Positions 10,110 through 21,064 of a DNA stretch of 64,000 bases are shown piece after piece. The stretch is from the NCBI GenBank assembly GCA_018646195.1, contig JABGVH010000199.1:8619-72618 (forward strand), in the 5' to 3' direction. The notes under the pieces are model-generated. The model was not told where the DNA came from. It searched no databases and saw only the letters and a list, made by a program, of their open reading frames with translations. Position 1 is the first letter of the stretch; each line of letters begins with the position of its first letter. The DNA is from Halobacteriovoraceae bacterium. GTDB lineage: Bacteria; Bdellovibrionota; Bacteriovoracia; Bacteriovoracales; Bacteriovoracaceae. A program made the translations under genes and the position numbers.

Positions 10110-13100
10110 ATGAAGAAATTAATCCGATTTTTTATCGACCGGTCCTTCCTAGTCAACCTCATATCCGCCTTCATTATTATTGTAGGAGCAGTCTCATTTC
10201 TAAACATGAAGAGAGACCTCATCCCCACTATGAAGTTCAATATCGTCAAAATTACCTCATTACTCAAAGGCGCCTCTGCTATCGAGATGGAGAAATTAGT
10301 AACTTTCCCTATTGAAGAAAACCTCGATGGCCTGGCGGGAATAGACAGTATTAAGTCCTCAACAGAAAATGGCCTTTCAAAAATTACTATTGAGTTTGAA
10401 TCCTCCCATGAAGAAATCGGAGAAAGCGTTGAGTTAATCCGCGCGAGGGTAAATGGTATAAGAAGTGACCTACCATCTGGAATGGAGCCAATAATCGTTG
10501 AACGAGTTTCTGTCGATTCATATGAATTCTTAGATATAAGCATAAACGGGATCTCTCCTGAAAACGACCATGACCGAAAATGGGTTCATGCCATAGAAGA
10601 TTCTTTTAAAAAAATAAGAGGCGTGGTCAAGATCAATTCATCAATGCCCGATCGTAAAATTTTCGTAGACTTCAAACTTGCGAAATTATCACGTTACGGT
10701 CTTTCTGTTGATGAAGTAAAAACAAAGATTTCTGGATATTTCTCATTCGATCCAGTTGGTTCCTTTTCAAAGAATGAAAAGACGGTATCAGTCGAGCTGC
10801 GACAAAATATTAGCTCTATAGAGTCAATTCGAAATTTGCCCATAAGCGGGAACGAATCCGGTTTCAAAGTCTCTTTGGCCGATGTCGCCAACGTTGAATA
10901 CCGTTTTCCTGAGAGAAAAAAAATTACTTTGTACGATGGCCACCAGACCGTTTCCTTTACTGTCTTTAAGGATATAAGTAGCGATGCAATCGTTTTACGG
11001 GATAAAGTTAAAAATTCTATAAATGAATTAATTAGAATTCTCCCCTCCCATATAGAAGTTAAAATTACAGGGGATGGCGCACACTTTATTGAAAAGCAAC
11101 TGAATGTGCTAAAAGTTAATGGCCTCGGAGGACTAGTAATCGTCATGATTAGTCTTTTTTTCCTCTTGGGCTTTAGAGTAGCAACGATGACTGCGGCAGG
11201 GATTCCCTTGGCCTACTTTGGAACATTTATCGTACTTAATACTCTTGGAATATCTATCGATTTAATCTCAGTGGTTGGGATGATTTTAGTAATTGGTATT
11301 TTGGTCGATGATGCAATTATTGTCACCGAAAATTATGTTTTAAATCTAGATGCTGGTCTCTCCCCAAAAGAAGCCGCAACCGAAGCAGCCTATAGTACAA
11401 TAAAGCCTGTGACAGGGACGGTTATAACCACCGCCGTTGCCTTTGCGCCAATTCTATTCATAAAAAGTAGTGCTAGCCAAGTTCTCTATTCCATACCCGT
11501 TGTAATTATAACTTCTTTAATCCTCAGTTGGTTTGAATCTTTTTTTATCCTACCAAATCATTTAGCACATTTTGTGAAAAGCCCGTCAAAACGGAGCGAT
11601 AATAATTTCTTTAGGAAGCTGAGGTTAAAATATGAAGCGGTATTAAAGAAGGCCATTAAGTGGAGATATATTGTTCTCATCCTTCTCGCTAGCACCTTAA
11701 TTGCTTCATTTGTTTTAACCGGAAGTATGAAAAAATCTTTTAATTTGAGTATAGGTTCGGAATACCTTCAAGTTTCAGTCGAATTAAAAGAAAGCGATTC
11801 CCTGGAAGAGAGTATTGAAAAGTTAAAACCTTTTCATGATTATTTAAACACGCTCCGTAGCAAGGATGTCACTTTCATTAGTAGTGAAATAGGAAGTGTC
11901 TTTATTAATAATGAATTTAGAACTGCCTATAGATTTGCAACCGCAAAGATTATGATTAATGAAGATCACCCTTCTCCTGCAAAATTTCGAGAGGAATTGA
12001 AGAATAAAATAAAAAATAAAATGGAGACTATTAAAACAAATGAATTCAAAAATATAACAATAGATACAAAGACCAAAGGAAAAGATGATCAAGATATTGT
12101 TTCTATTTTCGTATCCGGTGGTGACAAATTGAGTTTTGAAGATTTACAAGAAAAACTAAGAGTTCTGCTCAAGAAAGTGCCAAATGTTATTTCTCTTGGC
12201 GACGACTCAAGATTATTTCAAAGTTCTTGGCAATTCTTGGTAAACCTAGATGAATTATTACGTTATAATGTAACCGCTAAGTCATTGGCTCAACAATTGA
12301 GCGAATTATTTAGTCCTAAAGAACTCGCTACCTTTAGAAATAAAGGAGAGAATATAGAACTTTTCTCGCAATATAAACGTAAAAATGACATCTCATTTAA
12401 AGAACTTTCAAAAATTAAAATAATTACTCCCAAAGGAATAGCAATTCCAGTGACAAAACTTGGCAGCTGGAGTCAAACGAAGATATTAAAATCCATCAAA
12501 CATGAAAATTTGTTGAGAAAGTTTGTAATAAATATTAGATATGACAAAGAAAAAACAACCAAGATGGATGTGGCAAAAAATATTAAAGCGACACTTGCCC
12601 CAATTATAAAAGAATATCCCGCCTTTACCTTCACGGTTCTAGAAGCATCCGAGCAAGAGGAGAAGAGTAAGGCTTGGATAATATCAATTGCGATAATTTG
12701 TATTCTATTAATTCTTTTAGTTCTCGCGATATGTCTCAATTCTGTTATTTTACCTTTTATTGTTATGATCCCAATCCCATTTGGAATCATCGGGATCATT
12801 TTGGCCCTTTACCTACATGGATTAGAGATTGAGATAATGGCGATAATAGGCTTGATAGGAATGGCGGGTGTTGTTGTAAATGATAGTCTCATCATGGTTG
12901 ACTCCGTCAATAAGCAAACTCTTGACTCTCCAGAGCTAGAGGGTAACGAGGCCATATTGATTGGTTCTTCATTGAGATTTAGAGCGATAATATTAACAAC
13001 TGTGACGACCATGGGAGGAGTATTCCCAATGGCATACGGCATTGGCGGTGAATCAGGTTTTACGCAACCACTAGCATTTTCGATGGGCTGGGGTCTCTTA

Positions 13101-13202
13101 TTTGCGACTTTCTTAACTCTATTTGTTCTGCCAGCATTGCTTGCAATACTTAACGACTTAAAGAAACTTTTTCGGATTTTATTTATAAAAATGAATTTTT
13201 AA
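10110..13202 (+). CDS. RND efflux transporter permease (AcrB/AcrD/AcrF family)
   Basis: 1030 aa, 12-TM RND layout, GILVDDAIIVTEN, RFRAIILTT.TT.GG.FP, PLA...GL motifs. Confidence 0.95.
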   Translation: MKKLIRFFIDRSFLVNLISAFIIIVGAVSFLNMKRDLIPTMKFNIVKITSLLKGASAIEMEKLVTFPIEENLDGLAGIDSIKSSTENGLSKITIEFESSHEEIGESVELIRARVNGIRSDLPSGMEPIIVERVSVDSYEFLDISINGISPENDHDRKWVHAIEDSFKKIRGVVKINSSMPDRKIFVDFKLAKLSRYGLSVDEVKTKISGYFSFDPVGSFSKNEKTVSVELRQNISSIESIRNLPISGNESGFKVSLADVANVEYRFPERKKITLYDGHQTVSFTVFKDISSDAIVLRDKVKNSINELIRILPSHIEVKITGDGAHFIEKQLNVLKVNGLGGLVIVMISLFFLLGFRVATMTAAGIPLAYFGTFIVLNTLGISIDLISVVGMILVIGILVDDAIIVTENYVLNLDAGLSPKEAATEAAYSTIKPVTGTVITTAVAFAPILFIKSSASQVLYSIPVVIITSLILSWFESFFILPNHLAHFVKSPSKRSDNNFFRKLRLKYEAVLKKAIKWRYIVLILLASTLIASFVLTGSMKKSFNLSIGSEYLQVSVELKESDSLEESIEKLKPFHDYLNTLRSKDVTFISSEIGSVFINNEFRTAYRFATAKIMINEDHPSPAKFREELKNKIKNKMETIKTNEFKNITIDTKTKGKDDQDIVSIFVSGGDKLSFEDLQEKLRVLLKKVPNVISLGDDSRLFQSSWQFLVNLDELLRYNVTAKSLAQQLSELFSPKELATFRNKGENIELFSQYKRKNDISFKELSKIKIITPKGIAIPVTKLGSWSQTKILKSIKHENLLRKFVINIRYDKEKTTKMDVAKNIKATLAPIIKEYPAFTFTVLEASEQEEKSKAWIISIAIICILLILLVLAICLNSVILPFIVMIPIPFGIIGIILALYLHGLEIEIMAIIGLIGMAGVVVNDSLIMVDSVNKQTLDSPELEGNEAILIGSSLRFRAIILTTVTTMGGVFPMAYGIGGESGFTQPLAFSMGWGLLFATFLTLFVLPALLAILNDLKKLFRILFIKMNF

Positions 13203-13203
13203 A

Positions 13204-14235
13204 TTAATCACCAATCTCAAAACGCATAGGCGCATTCATAACCTGTCCAATTACATCCCGAGGATCTTTCTTCTCATACAACACAGTATAGAGGCCATTA
13301 AATATTCTTGCGCTGATCTCATATTTTTGCGAGATCAAATAGGCAGCTTTGGTAGTTTTATAACCCTCGACAACAGTTCTTTGCCCGTTGATAATTTCTT
13401 CTGCAGTTCGGCCTTTAGCTAGCTCAAGGCCAAAGGTCTTATTTCTAGACAGGTCGCCAGTTGTTGTCAGGATTAAATCCCCCATCCCCGACAGCCCATA
13501 AAAAGTTTCAGACCTGGCATTGTAAACGACACCAAATCGCAACATCTCAGAAATTCCTCTCGTAATCATTGCAGCACGCGTGTTGTAATTGAAACCAAGC
13601 CCCTCAATAATTCCTCCGGCAATCGCTAGTACATTTTTTAAAGCGCCTCCTAAAAGCACCCCTTTGATGTCATAGGATCCCATTGTTTTAAAATAGGGTG
13701 TCTCTAACATTTTTGCTACAGCAGTTAATGTTTGTCGAGAGCGGCCAGCAAGTGTCACAATAGTAATCTGCTCTTCCATTATTTCTTTGGCAAATGAAGG
13801 ACCTGATAAAAATACAAAATTGTCTTTAAAGAATGGAAAATATTCGAAGAACAAATCGTCTGAAAGCTCAAGTGTTTCGGGGTCAATACCTTTTGAGAGA
13901 GACACAAGAGGAATGCCTTTCTTAAAATAATTTTCAAATCGATCAAAATTATCTTTAAAAAAATGAGCGATGCCTGCTGTAGGAAGTCCACTGACTATTA
14001 AGTCTATTTTGCCATCCAGTAGTTGGTCGGCTTCCTCCCAGCTTAAAGCTGGAATGAGATTTTTTGCGATCGGAAGGCCAGGCAAGTAAACTTTATTTTC
14101 GCCTTCCTTGATACTATCGTAAACGTCTTGGGACCTAACTTTTAGGACTACTTTTTTAAAATTCTTGGCAAGTACTGAAGCAATAGAAGTCCCGAAGGCA
14201 CCAGCACCAATAACTAAAACTGAATCATACTTCAT
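13204..14235 (-). CDS. gpsA: NAD(P)H-dependent glycerol-3-phosphate dehydrogenase
   Basis: GAGAFG, SGPSFA, GGALKN, GLSGMGDL..T..SRN. Confidence 0.96.
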   Translation of the reverse strand: MKYDSVLVIGAGAFGTSIASVLAKNFKKVVLKVRSQDVYDSIKEGENKVYLPGLPIAKNLIPALSWEEADQLLDGKIDLIVSGLPTAGIAHFFKDNFDRFENYFKKGIPLVSLSKGIDPETLELSDDLFFEYFPFFKDNFVFLSGPSFAKEIMEEQITIVTLAGRSRQTLTAVAKMLETPYFKTMGSYDIKGVLLGGALKNVLAIAGGIIEGLGFNYNTRAAMITRGISEMLRFGVVYNARSETFYGLSGMGDLILTTTGDLSRNKTFGLELAKGRTAEEIINGQRTVVEGYKTTKAAYLISQKYEISARIFNGLYTVLYEKKDPRDVIGQVMNAPMRFEIGD

Positions 14236-14495
14236 AAGCTAATCACCCCTTCAATGCCTGCTACGCGGTGATATACCTCGATTATCGCATCTGACGTCTC
14301 GAAAGTTCCCGTCACGGTAAGACTGACGAAATTTCCATTTTTAGAAGGCTTTTCAACAATCTCAAAGCCTTTCATTTTGGCCTTCAATTCATCGCACTTG
14401 GGAAATTTTACAATAAATTTATATTTGTATTCACATGGAAAGGTATAACTATCTTCAAGAAGATTCTTCAAATTTTTGAACTGATCGTCAGTCAT
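14232..14495 (-). CDS. DUF493/YbeD family protein
   Basis: FPCEYKYKFI, SKNGNFVSLT, C-terminal GVISL. Confidence 0.85.
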   Translation of the reverse strand: MTDDQFKNLKNLLEDSYTFPCEYKYKFIVKFPKCDELKAKMKGFEIVEKPSKNGNFVSLTVTGTFETSDAIIEVYHRVAGIEGVISL

Positions 14496-15046
14496 AATTC
14501 AAGCTCGGGAATTTCTGGTACAATTCCTTGGGCATAGCGGACCAAATCGATGACTTCTCGTGCACAACCATTTCCAGGCATTCTCTCCGAGACATAATCG
14601 ACACTTTCTTGAATTTCTAAACTTGCTATTGAAGTCGTAACAGAAAACCCTGCTGCCTTAAGAAGTGGCAAATCAAAAAACTCATCCCCCATATAGAGAA
14701 TTTCTTCAGGAGAATAACCCATATCTAAAATTTTCTTAAAGCCTTCTCGCTTATCTTCATTCCCTCTATAGACGAAGTCGACTGTCAGATTTTTTTCAAA
14801 ACGCTCAATGACACTTTGAGAATCTCCACCAGTAATAATTCCTACTTTGAGCCCGGCCTTCATTAAAATCTTAAATCCATAACCATCTAATGCATGAAAT
14901 GTTCGATTCCATTGCATCTCCTGCCCTTGATATTGCAGGTCCCCTGCGGTCAAAACTCCGTCCAGATCAAAGGCGCAGACTTTAATTTTGCAAAGTTTCT
15001 CTTTATAGTGCTCGGCAATTTTTCGAAAATCGGTTCCTCTTATCAT
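14492..15046 (-). CDS. kdsC: KDO 8-phosphate phosphatase
   Basis: HAD motif FDLDGVLT, DGYG, YMGD..FD, G.G.ARE; lies in a kds operon. Confidence 0.93.
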   Translation of the reverse strand: MIRGTDFRKIAEHYKEKLCKIKVCAFDLDGVLTAGDLQYQGQEMQWNRTFHALDGYGFKILMKAGLKVGIITGGDSQSVIERFEKNLTVDFVYRGNEDKREGFKKILDMGYSPEEILYMGDEFFDLPLLKAAGFSVTTSIASLEIQESVDYVSERMPGNGCAREVIDLVRYAQGIVPEIPELEL

Positions 15047-15843
15047 TGGATGGCCTCATAGATTTTAAGCAATTCTGAAACGGTATCTTTTATGCTGGAT
15101 AATGGAAGACATGTGCTTGCATCCGATAATGCTTTTTCTGGAGTCGGATGAGTTTCAATAAAAACACCGTCTGCTCCTGCTGCGACAGCTGCCCTGGCCA
15201 ATACAAGGACTTGTTCCCTTTTCCCACCAGTCGCGCTTCCTAAGCCACCCGGTCGCTGGACACAGTGAGTTGCATCGTGGACAGTCCGCACACCGAAACT
15301 TTTCATAATTTGAAAAGAGGCCATATCGACGACTAGATTATTATATCCAAATGAGCTACCTCGCTCAGTTAATAGGATCTGCTCTTTTGCTAAAAAATTG
15401 GCTGCTTTCTCAACGATGTTTCCGGTCTCTTCGGGAGAGAGAAACTGACCTTTCTTTATTTTTAAAATTCTATTATATTTTTTACAAGCCTCAGCCCCTG
15501 AAATAATCATGTCTGTCTGGCGGCATAAGAAAGCTGGCACCTGTAAAATATCTACACTCTCCGCTACTTTTTCCGCTTGTTCTGGGAAATGAAAATCGGT
15601 AAGAGTTTTTAAAGAGTATTTCTCTTTTACATTGTTTAAAATCGCGAGTCCTTTCTCAATCCCAGGTCCCCTATAGGAATTAATTGATGTCCTATTTGCT
15701 TTGTCGAAACTGCCTTTAAAAGTGAAGTTAACTTTTGAGGAAAATTCACTAAGGTCATTCTTTACTGTTTCTGCTATTTGAAAAGCCAACTCTTCGCTTT
15801 CAAGAACGCATGGCCCAATAAAAAGCTCTAATTTCTTTGTCAT
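15043..15843 (-). CDS. kdsA: KDO 8-phosphate synthase
   Basis: GPCVLES, FDKANRTS, QVPAFLCRQTD, KKGQF, DATH. Confidence 0.97.
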   Translation of the reverse strand: MTKKLELFIGPCVLESEELAFQIAETVKNDLSEFSSKVNFTFKGSFDKANRTSINSYRGPGIEKGLAILNNVKEKYSLKTLTDFHFPEQAEKVAESVDILQVPAFLCRQTDMIISGAEACKKYNRILKIKKGQFLSPEETGNIVEKAANFLAKEQILLTERGSSFGYNNLVVDMASFQIMKSFGVRTVHDATHCVQRPGGLGSATGGKREQVLVLARAAVAAGADGVFIETHPTPEKALSDASTCLPLSSIKDTVSELLKIYEAIQ

Positions 15844-15862
15844 TACATTTCCCTCAGGAGTA

Positions 15863-17500
15863 TTAATTTCCGCGTTTAATATTATCTGCTTCAGCTATAA
15901 AGTTGAAAAACATAGGATGTGGTTCATAAGGACGAGACTTAAACTCAGGGTGATACTGACATCCAATAAAGAAAGGGTGATTTTCTAGCTCGATCACTTC
16001 CACTAAGTTTAAATTTTTATTAGTTCCTGAAATAACCATTCCAGCCTCTTTAATATTTTCGAGGTATTTATTATTAACTTCAAGGCGATGACGGTGGCGC
16101 TCGCTTATCTCGCTTCTATCATAGATTTTATAGGCTAAGGTTCCCTTCTCAAGGTGGCAATCATAGGCACCAAGCCTCATGGTTCCCCCCTTGGCCCTAG
16201 TCTCACTTTGCCCTTCCATATAATGAACAACTGGGCTCCCTTTTTTTGAGAATTCTTCCGACGTTGCATCTTTAATCCCTGCTACTGAACGAGCAAATTC
16301 GACCAGTGCAAGTTGCATTCCGAGGCATATTCCAAAATAGGGAATATTTTTTTCTCTTGCATAGCGAACCGCATTTATTTTTCCTTCCGTTCCTCTTTCT
16401 CCAAACCCACCTGGAACCAAAATTCCTTGGACTTCCGATAAAAGTCCATCCATCTTTTCTTTGGATTCTAAATCTTCAGAATCTATAAATACAGGCTCTA
16501 ATTTTAATTGATTTGCTACAGCAGCATGTCGCAAGGCCTCATCAAGGGATTTGTAGGATTCAATCAGTTCGGTATACTTGCCGACGATTCCAATTTTGAC
16601 AGCCCTCAGAGGGTGATTAAAGTTATAAACCACTTTTTCTAGGTCTTCCATATTTGGTCGTGCTGTCCACATCCCCAATTGTTCGGTGATTTTTTCATCC
16701 AACCCTTGTTTGTGAAACTCAAGTGGTACTTTGTAAATTGAGTCGACATCAATAGAGCTATAAACATGATCCTTAGGAACATTACAAAACAAAGAAATTT
16801 TGTCTAAAATTCCCTCTTCGATCTCGCGATCGGAGCGGCAAATGATTATATTTGGGAACAACCCCATCGATCGCATTTCTTTTACTGAATGCTGAGCTGG
16901 TTTTGACTTTAATTCTCCTGCTGCATTTATATAGGGAAGCAGTACCAAATGTATGTAGAGAACATTTTCAGGCCCTACGTCTGCAGCAAATTGCCTTATC
17001 GACTCGACATAAGGAGTCGACTCAATATCACCAATTGTCCCCCCGATTTCGCCTATCAACAAATCGGCATCTTCGGCAGCCACTAAAATTCTACGTTTTA
17101 TTTCATTTGTAATATGTGGAACAACCTGAACCGTTTTACCTAGGTACTTACCTTCTCTTTCGTTCTCAATTACCTGCAAGTAGACCTGTCCAGTTGTAAA
17201 ATTTGAAGACTTGGAGAGAGTTAAACTTGTGAATCGTTCGTAATGTCCTAAGTCCAAGTCAGTTTCGGCTCCATCATCTGTTACGAAAACTTCTCCGTGC
17301 TGAGTGGGACTCATGGTACCTGGGTCGACATTAATATAAGGGTCCATTTTTAGCATATTTATTTTAATGCCTCTGCGTTCTAACAAAGCTGCAATACTAG
17401 CAGCTGCTAAACCTTTTCCTAGAGAGCTTGCCACTCCTCCAGTTACGAAGATGTACTTCTTAGTTCCCTTTTTACCTTTTTTCTGTGCTCCAGGATTCAA
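15863..17500 (-). CDS. pyrG: CTP synthase
   Basis: GGVASSLGKG, DPYINVDPGTMSP, GICLGMQ, ERHRHR, QYHPEF. Confidence 0.98.
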   Translation of the reverse strand: MNPGAQKKGKKGTKKYIFVTGGVASSLGKGLAAASIAALLERRGIKINMLKMDPYINVDPGTMSPTQHGEVFVTDDGAETDLDLGHYERFTSLTLSKSSNFTTGQVYLQVIENEREGKYLGKTVQVVPHITNEIKRRILVAAEDADLLIGEIGGTIGDIESTPYVESIRQFAADVGPENVLYIHLVLLPYINAAGELKSKPAQHSVKEMRSMGLFPNIIICRSDREIEEGILDKISLFCNVPKDHVYSSIDVDSIYKVPLEFHKQGLDEKITEQLGMWTARPNMEDLEKVVYNFNHPLRAVKIGIVGKYTELIESYKSLDEALRHAAVANQLKLEPVFIDSEDLESKEKMDGLLSEVQGILVPGGFGERGTEGKINAVRYAREKNIPYFGICLGMQLALVEFARSVAGIKDATSEEFSKKGSPVVHYMEGQSETRAKGGTMRLGAYDCHLEKGTLAYKIYDRSEISERHRHRLEVNNKYLENIKEAGMVISGTNKNLNLVEVIELENHPFFIGCQYHPEFKSRPYEPHPMFFNFIAEADNIKRGN

Positions 17501-18258
17501 TCTAAAACTCCTTCCACAACCGCCACATCTTCAGGCGTATCAACCCCAAATAGTTCGGTTTTAGTTTCATAGGCTCCAATTCTCATTCCCATTTCAAGGG
17601 CACGTAATTGCTCCAATTTTTCAATTTCTTCATAATACGATGCTTTGCTCTGACAAAATGCTACAAGTGCTTTCGGCAAAAAAGAGTAGACTCCGGCCTG
17701 AAAAAACCAATGCCCTTCAAATTTTTCACCAGAATTATCTCTGCTATATGGAATAGGTGCCCTCGAAAAATAATGGCACTCTCCAGTTTTCTCACTAAAA
17801 ATAGTTTTAACCTTATTCGGATCTGCGAAATGTTCGAAGCTCGACTCTCTTCGCAACATTGTACAAATATCAAAGTCCCTCTCTAGATGAAATTTTGCTA
17901 ATTCCAGGATTTCACTTCCTGGAAGCAAAGGCTCATCACCCTGAACATTTATAATTAAATCCCAATTCTCTTCCTTAAAAAACCGCTGGTAACCTAAATA
18001 AATGCGATCAGTTCCTGAGACAGTGTCATCATCAACTCGTCGAACCTCACCACCCATATCTTTTATATGGTCTTCGATTCGTGAATCATCTGTGAGTACG
18101 ACGGCCTTTATTTGAATAGAAGAGTCGGATATACTCTGAGCGTTTTGCAACACTCTGGAGATCATTGACTTTCCTTTTAGGGGTGCAAGAGGCTTGCCAG
18201 GGAACCTGGAACTTTCAAACCGAGCCGGAATGAGGACCAAAACCTTATATTCCTGCAT
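17497..18258 (-). CDS. kdsB: CMP-KDO synthetase
   Basis: IPARFESSRFPGKPL, SGTDR, NVQGDEP, LEQLR, GVDTPED. Confidence 0.96.
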   Translation of the reverse strand: MQEYKVLVLIPARFESSRFPGKPLAPLKGKSMISRVLQNAQSISDSSIQIKAVVLTDDSRIEDHIKDMGGEVRRVDDDTVSGTDRIYLGYQRFFKEENWDLIINVQGDEPLLPGSEILELAKFHLERDFDICTMLRRESSFEHFADPNKVKTIFSEKTGECHYFSRAPIPYSRDNSGEKFEGHWFFQAGVYSFLPKALVAFCQSKASYYEEIEKLEQLRALEMGMRIGAYETKTELFGVDTPEDVAVVEGVLD

Positions 18259-18333
18259 GAACTGCCTCTCAAATTAATCAGGGTAAGTTTTACCACGAGC
18301 CCCTCTCAAAGAAAAGTTTGATAAAATGATTAC

Positions 18334-18687
18334 ATGACACGTTACGTATTTGGTTTTCTAATTCTTATTGGAGTACTCAGCACCTTAAATCTTGCACTGG
18401 GTCAGGACTATAAGAGCACTGTTGTCACGGATCCTAGTATAAGTAGGCGCTGTGAGGAGTTGCTATCTAAGAGGACCCGCAAGGTGGGCCATAAGCAAAA
18501 GATCCTGGCACTACTCATCCGCAATGAGCACCTCCAAAAAATTACCCCTCCTGCCCGTATTTCGGTCCTAAGGAAGTTAAAGAAAAACTTCCGTCATCTT
18601 AGGCACGAGCTAGAATTGACTCAAACTCAACTAGACCATCACGAAGAAAATATTATTCGGAAAGGCTGCCCAGGTATCGCCCTTTAA
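18334..18687 (+). CDS. Small secreted helical hypothetical protein with two Cys
   Basis: Signal peptide, coiled-coil body, RRCEE and KGCPG. Confidence 0.7.
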   Translation: MTRYVFGFLILIGVLSTLNLALGQDYKSTVVTDPSISRRCEELLSKRTRKVGHKQKILALLIRNEHLQKITPPARISVLRKLKKNFRHLRHELELTQTQLDHHEENIIRKGCPGIAL

Positions 18688-18773
18688 ATTGCTACATTTA
18701 ACTTCACAGAGCGGATTGACTGTCTTACAATTTTACTCAGACAAAGAAATTACACACGGACTGAGAGTAATAT

Positions 18774-20276
18774 TTGCGCCCACCAATCCTATTGGCATTG
18801 ACCTTTCTTCTATCTGCGCCTATCTGGGCCCAGGATACGGTCAAAGCCGACCAAGCAAAATCAGATAATGAATTGATTCCCACCAGGGCGAAAGTTCCTG
18901 AGGCCCTTCTCAAAAATGGCTACGTTCAAAGAGTAGACAGCCTAACCTTCAAAGAAAAGGTAAAGGCAATTAGCTTAACGGATGTCATCGAAAAGGGAAT
19001 TAGGGCCAATTATACCGAGCAAGAACGAAAGCACGAAAAGGAAATTTTAGATATTGGTTGGGAAGATAGCTGGTCTGATTTTTGGATGCCTCAACTTACT
19101 CTGACCTTGAGTACTTCAGAGCAAAGAGTGGGAACCTTAAAAAAAGGTGGAATAGAAAATTCCAGAACAAGCGATGTCCCTGGAGGAGTCCTTGGACTCT
19201 CCATGGGTGATTATACCGTTTTTAACTGGGGAAAAGATTACCTTGCCTTTCTTAATACAAAAACCACTTACAATCGCTCCACTAAAAAGTTAAAAGAATT
19301 ACGAAGAGACTTAAAGCATGATTTAATTATAAAATATTTTGAAGTAGCGGCCTTCCAAGAAATTCAAACTCTACGAAAAGAGCAGCTAAGGCATTCCTCT
19401 TTTGTATATCGACTGAATCGAGAAAAAATAACCTTAAAAAAAATACGTAAACAGGACTATTACCAGGCGAGAGCAGAATACCTAAGAGCACAGACAGATT
19501 TTCATCAATCTAAAGTTGATGCCTCGGTGGTAGAAGAAGAATTAGCGGAACAGATCACAGATGCTCCGGGAACCAAATACTTATTGAGGGAAAGGCTAGT
19601 ATACCAACCGCTGAATACTACTATAGATGAATCGATGGCGATGGTTAGTAAAAGCAATACCATCGTTCTTGACGCCCTTTCTAGCCTGACTAATGCCAAA
19701 CGTAATTATGACTTAACTTTGAGAGAGAATCTTCCGCTCCCAAAATTTACCGTCAATCTTGGAGCCTACAACCATTCCTTTGGTCAAAATCAGCTTCAAA
19801 CTCGCTATGAAACTAATGCAGGTAGAGATATTGAACTCGTCGCGACGATAAATGCTAGTTGGACCATCACTGGCTCTGGCGGCTTTTTTAATGGCCGCAA
19901 AACTAGAAAAGCCTCTCTACAAAAAAGCTTGGCGCTTAAAAAGCTTCAAAATGCCACTCATGGCTCAAAGTCTGACATTCGTATCCATTATAGAAAAATA
20001 CGCCATCTACAAAACCAAATGACCATTTTGAGGGCGAGGACTTCTAATCTCCAAAAAACTTTCGACACAATCTTAGAAAATTACCTCAATAAGAGAGCTC
20101 GCTACAACGACTTTCACCATGCGCTTAACGAGAAAATTGACGTTGAAATCCTAATGGAACAAACAAAATTCTTACACGCGCGCGAAAAACTTTTATTAGC
20201 TAAAACCATAGGGATCGAAGACTTCCCAGGAGAAAATTTCGAAAAAATGGCGAAACCTCTGGATAAGGAAAAATAA
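18774..20276 (+). CDS. TolC family outer membrane protein
   Basis: Signal peptide and two OEP-like repeats (P.L/F.L strand followed by long helices). Confidence 0.8.
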   Translation: MRPPILLALTFLLSAPIWAQDTVKADQAKSDNELIPTRAKVPEALLKNGYVQRVDSLTFKEKVKAISLTDVIEKGIRANYTEQERKHEKEILDIGWEDSWSDFWMPQLTLTLSTSEQRVGTLKKGGIENSRTSDVPGGVLGLSMGDYTVFNWGKDYLAFLNTKTTYNRSTKKLKELRRDLKHDLIIKYFEVAAFQEIQTLRKEQLRHSSFVYRLNREKITLKKIRKQDYYQARAEYLRAQTDFHQSKVDASVVEEELAEQITDAPGTKYLLRERLVYQPLNTTIDESMAMVSKSNTIVLDALSSLTNAKRNYDLTLRENLPLPKFTVNLGAYNHSFGQNQLQTRYETNAGRDIELVATINASWTITGSGGFFNGRKTRKASLQKSLALKKLQNATHGSKSDIRIHYRKIRHLQNQMTILRARTSNLQKTFDTILENYLNKRARYNDFHHALNEKIDVEILMEQTKFLHAREKLLLAKTIGIEDFPGENFEKMAKPLDKEK

Positions 20277-20277
20277 G

Positions 20278-21039
20278 ATGAAAGCGAGACAACTAATTCT
20301 TCTTTTCCTCCTCTTACTCATTCCTGCTCTTGGACAATCACAAGATTGGAAAAATGACGACGTCGATTCAAAAGACTTGGAAGCATTAAAAAATCCATGG
20401 GCCAAAGACATCAAAGATGAAAGCCTTCTAAAAGTTCGTGATGCCGACCGAGGTATTCTCTTTCAAGATTACAATACCCAATTCGACAGATACTTAGTGG
20501 CCGCGCATGGGCTGATTAATATGGACCTGCAAAATGCTGCTGACATGATTACTGCCGAGGCCACCTGGTCAAAAAAGTTTGACCTGGCCTGGATTCAGCT
20601 ATGGGGAAACCGTTCAACCGGGAAATTTAGAGAGTTCGGCCGCGTCAATTCCAATCTAACCACTGGAACCACCTTCACCAACGACGAAATATTAGAGGGG
20701 AATGCCACCGTCACTGGCATAGGAATCTCAATTGCTTATCGTACCTCATATGTCCGAAACCTCATTAAATCCGATAACTTATTCGAAACAATCTCTGTCG
20801 GAATTGGCCGCTACAATGCTGATGTGGAGCGCATAGATAAATCTTTTGCTGGTTGGGGCCTCAAAGCCGACTTCGGAATTCACAGAAGGACTTCTCAAAA
20901 AATACATTATGGTTTAAAAATGAGTTATAACTTGGCTGAGCTAAAACACTCACAAGAATTTGATACTCAAACTGGCAGTGCTCGATCCCTTTTAATGACC
21001 TGGATTGGGTTAGGATTTGAATTCGCCTTCTACTTTTAG
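20278..21039 (+). CDS. Putative outer membrane beta-barrel protein
   Basis: Signal peptide, alternating amphipathic strands, C-terminal GFEFAFYF beta-signal. Confidence 0.7.
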   Translation: MKARQLILLFLLLLIPALGQSQDWKNDDVDSKDLEALKNPWAKDIKDESLLKVRDADRGILFQDYNTQFDRYLVAAHGLINMDLQNAADMITAEATWSKKFDLAWIQLWGNRSTGKFREFGRVNSNLTTGTTFTNDEILEGNATVTGIGISIAYRTSYVRNLIKSDNLFETISVGIGRYNADVERIDKSFAGWGLKADFGIHRRTSQKIHYGLKMSYNLAELKHSQEFDTQTGSARSLLMTWIGLGFEFAFYF

Positions 21040-21064
21040 TCTGCCCTTCTTTTAAGGTATTCAC

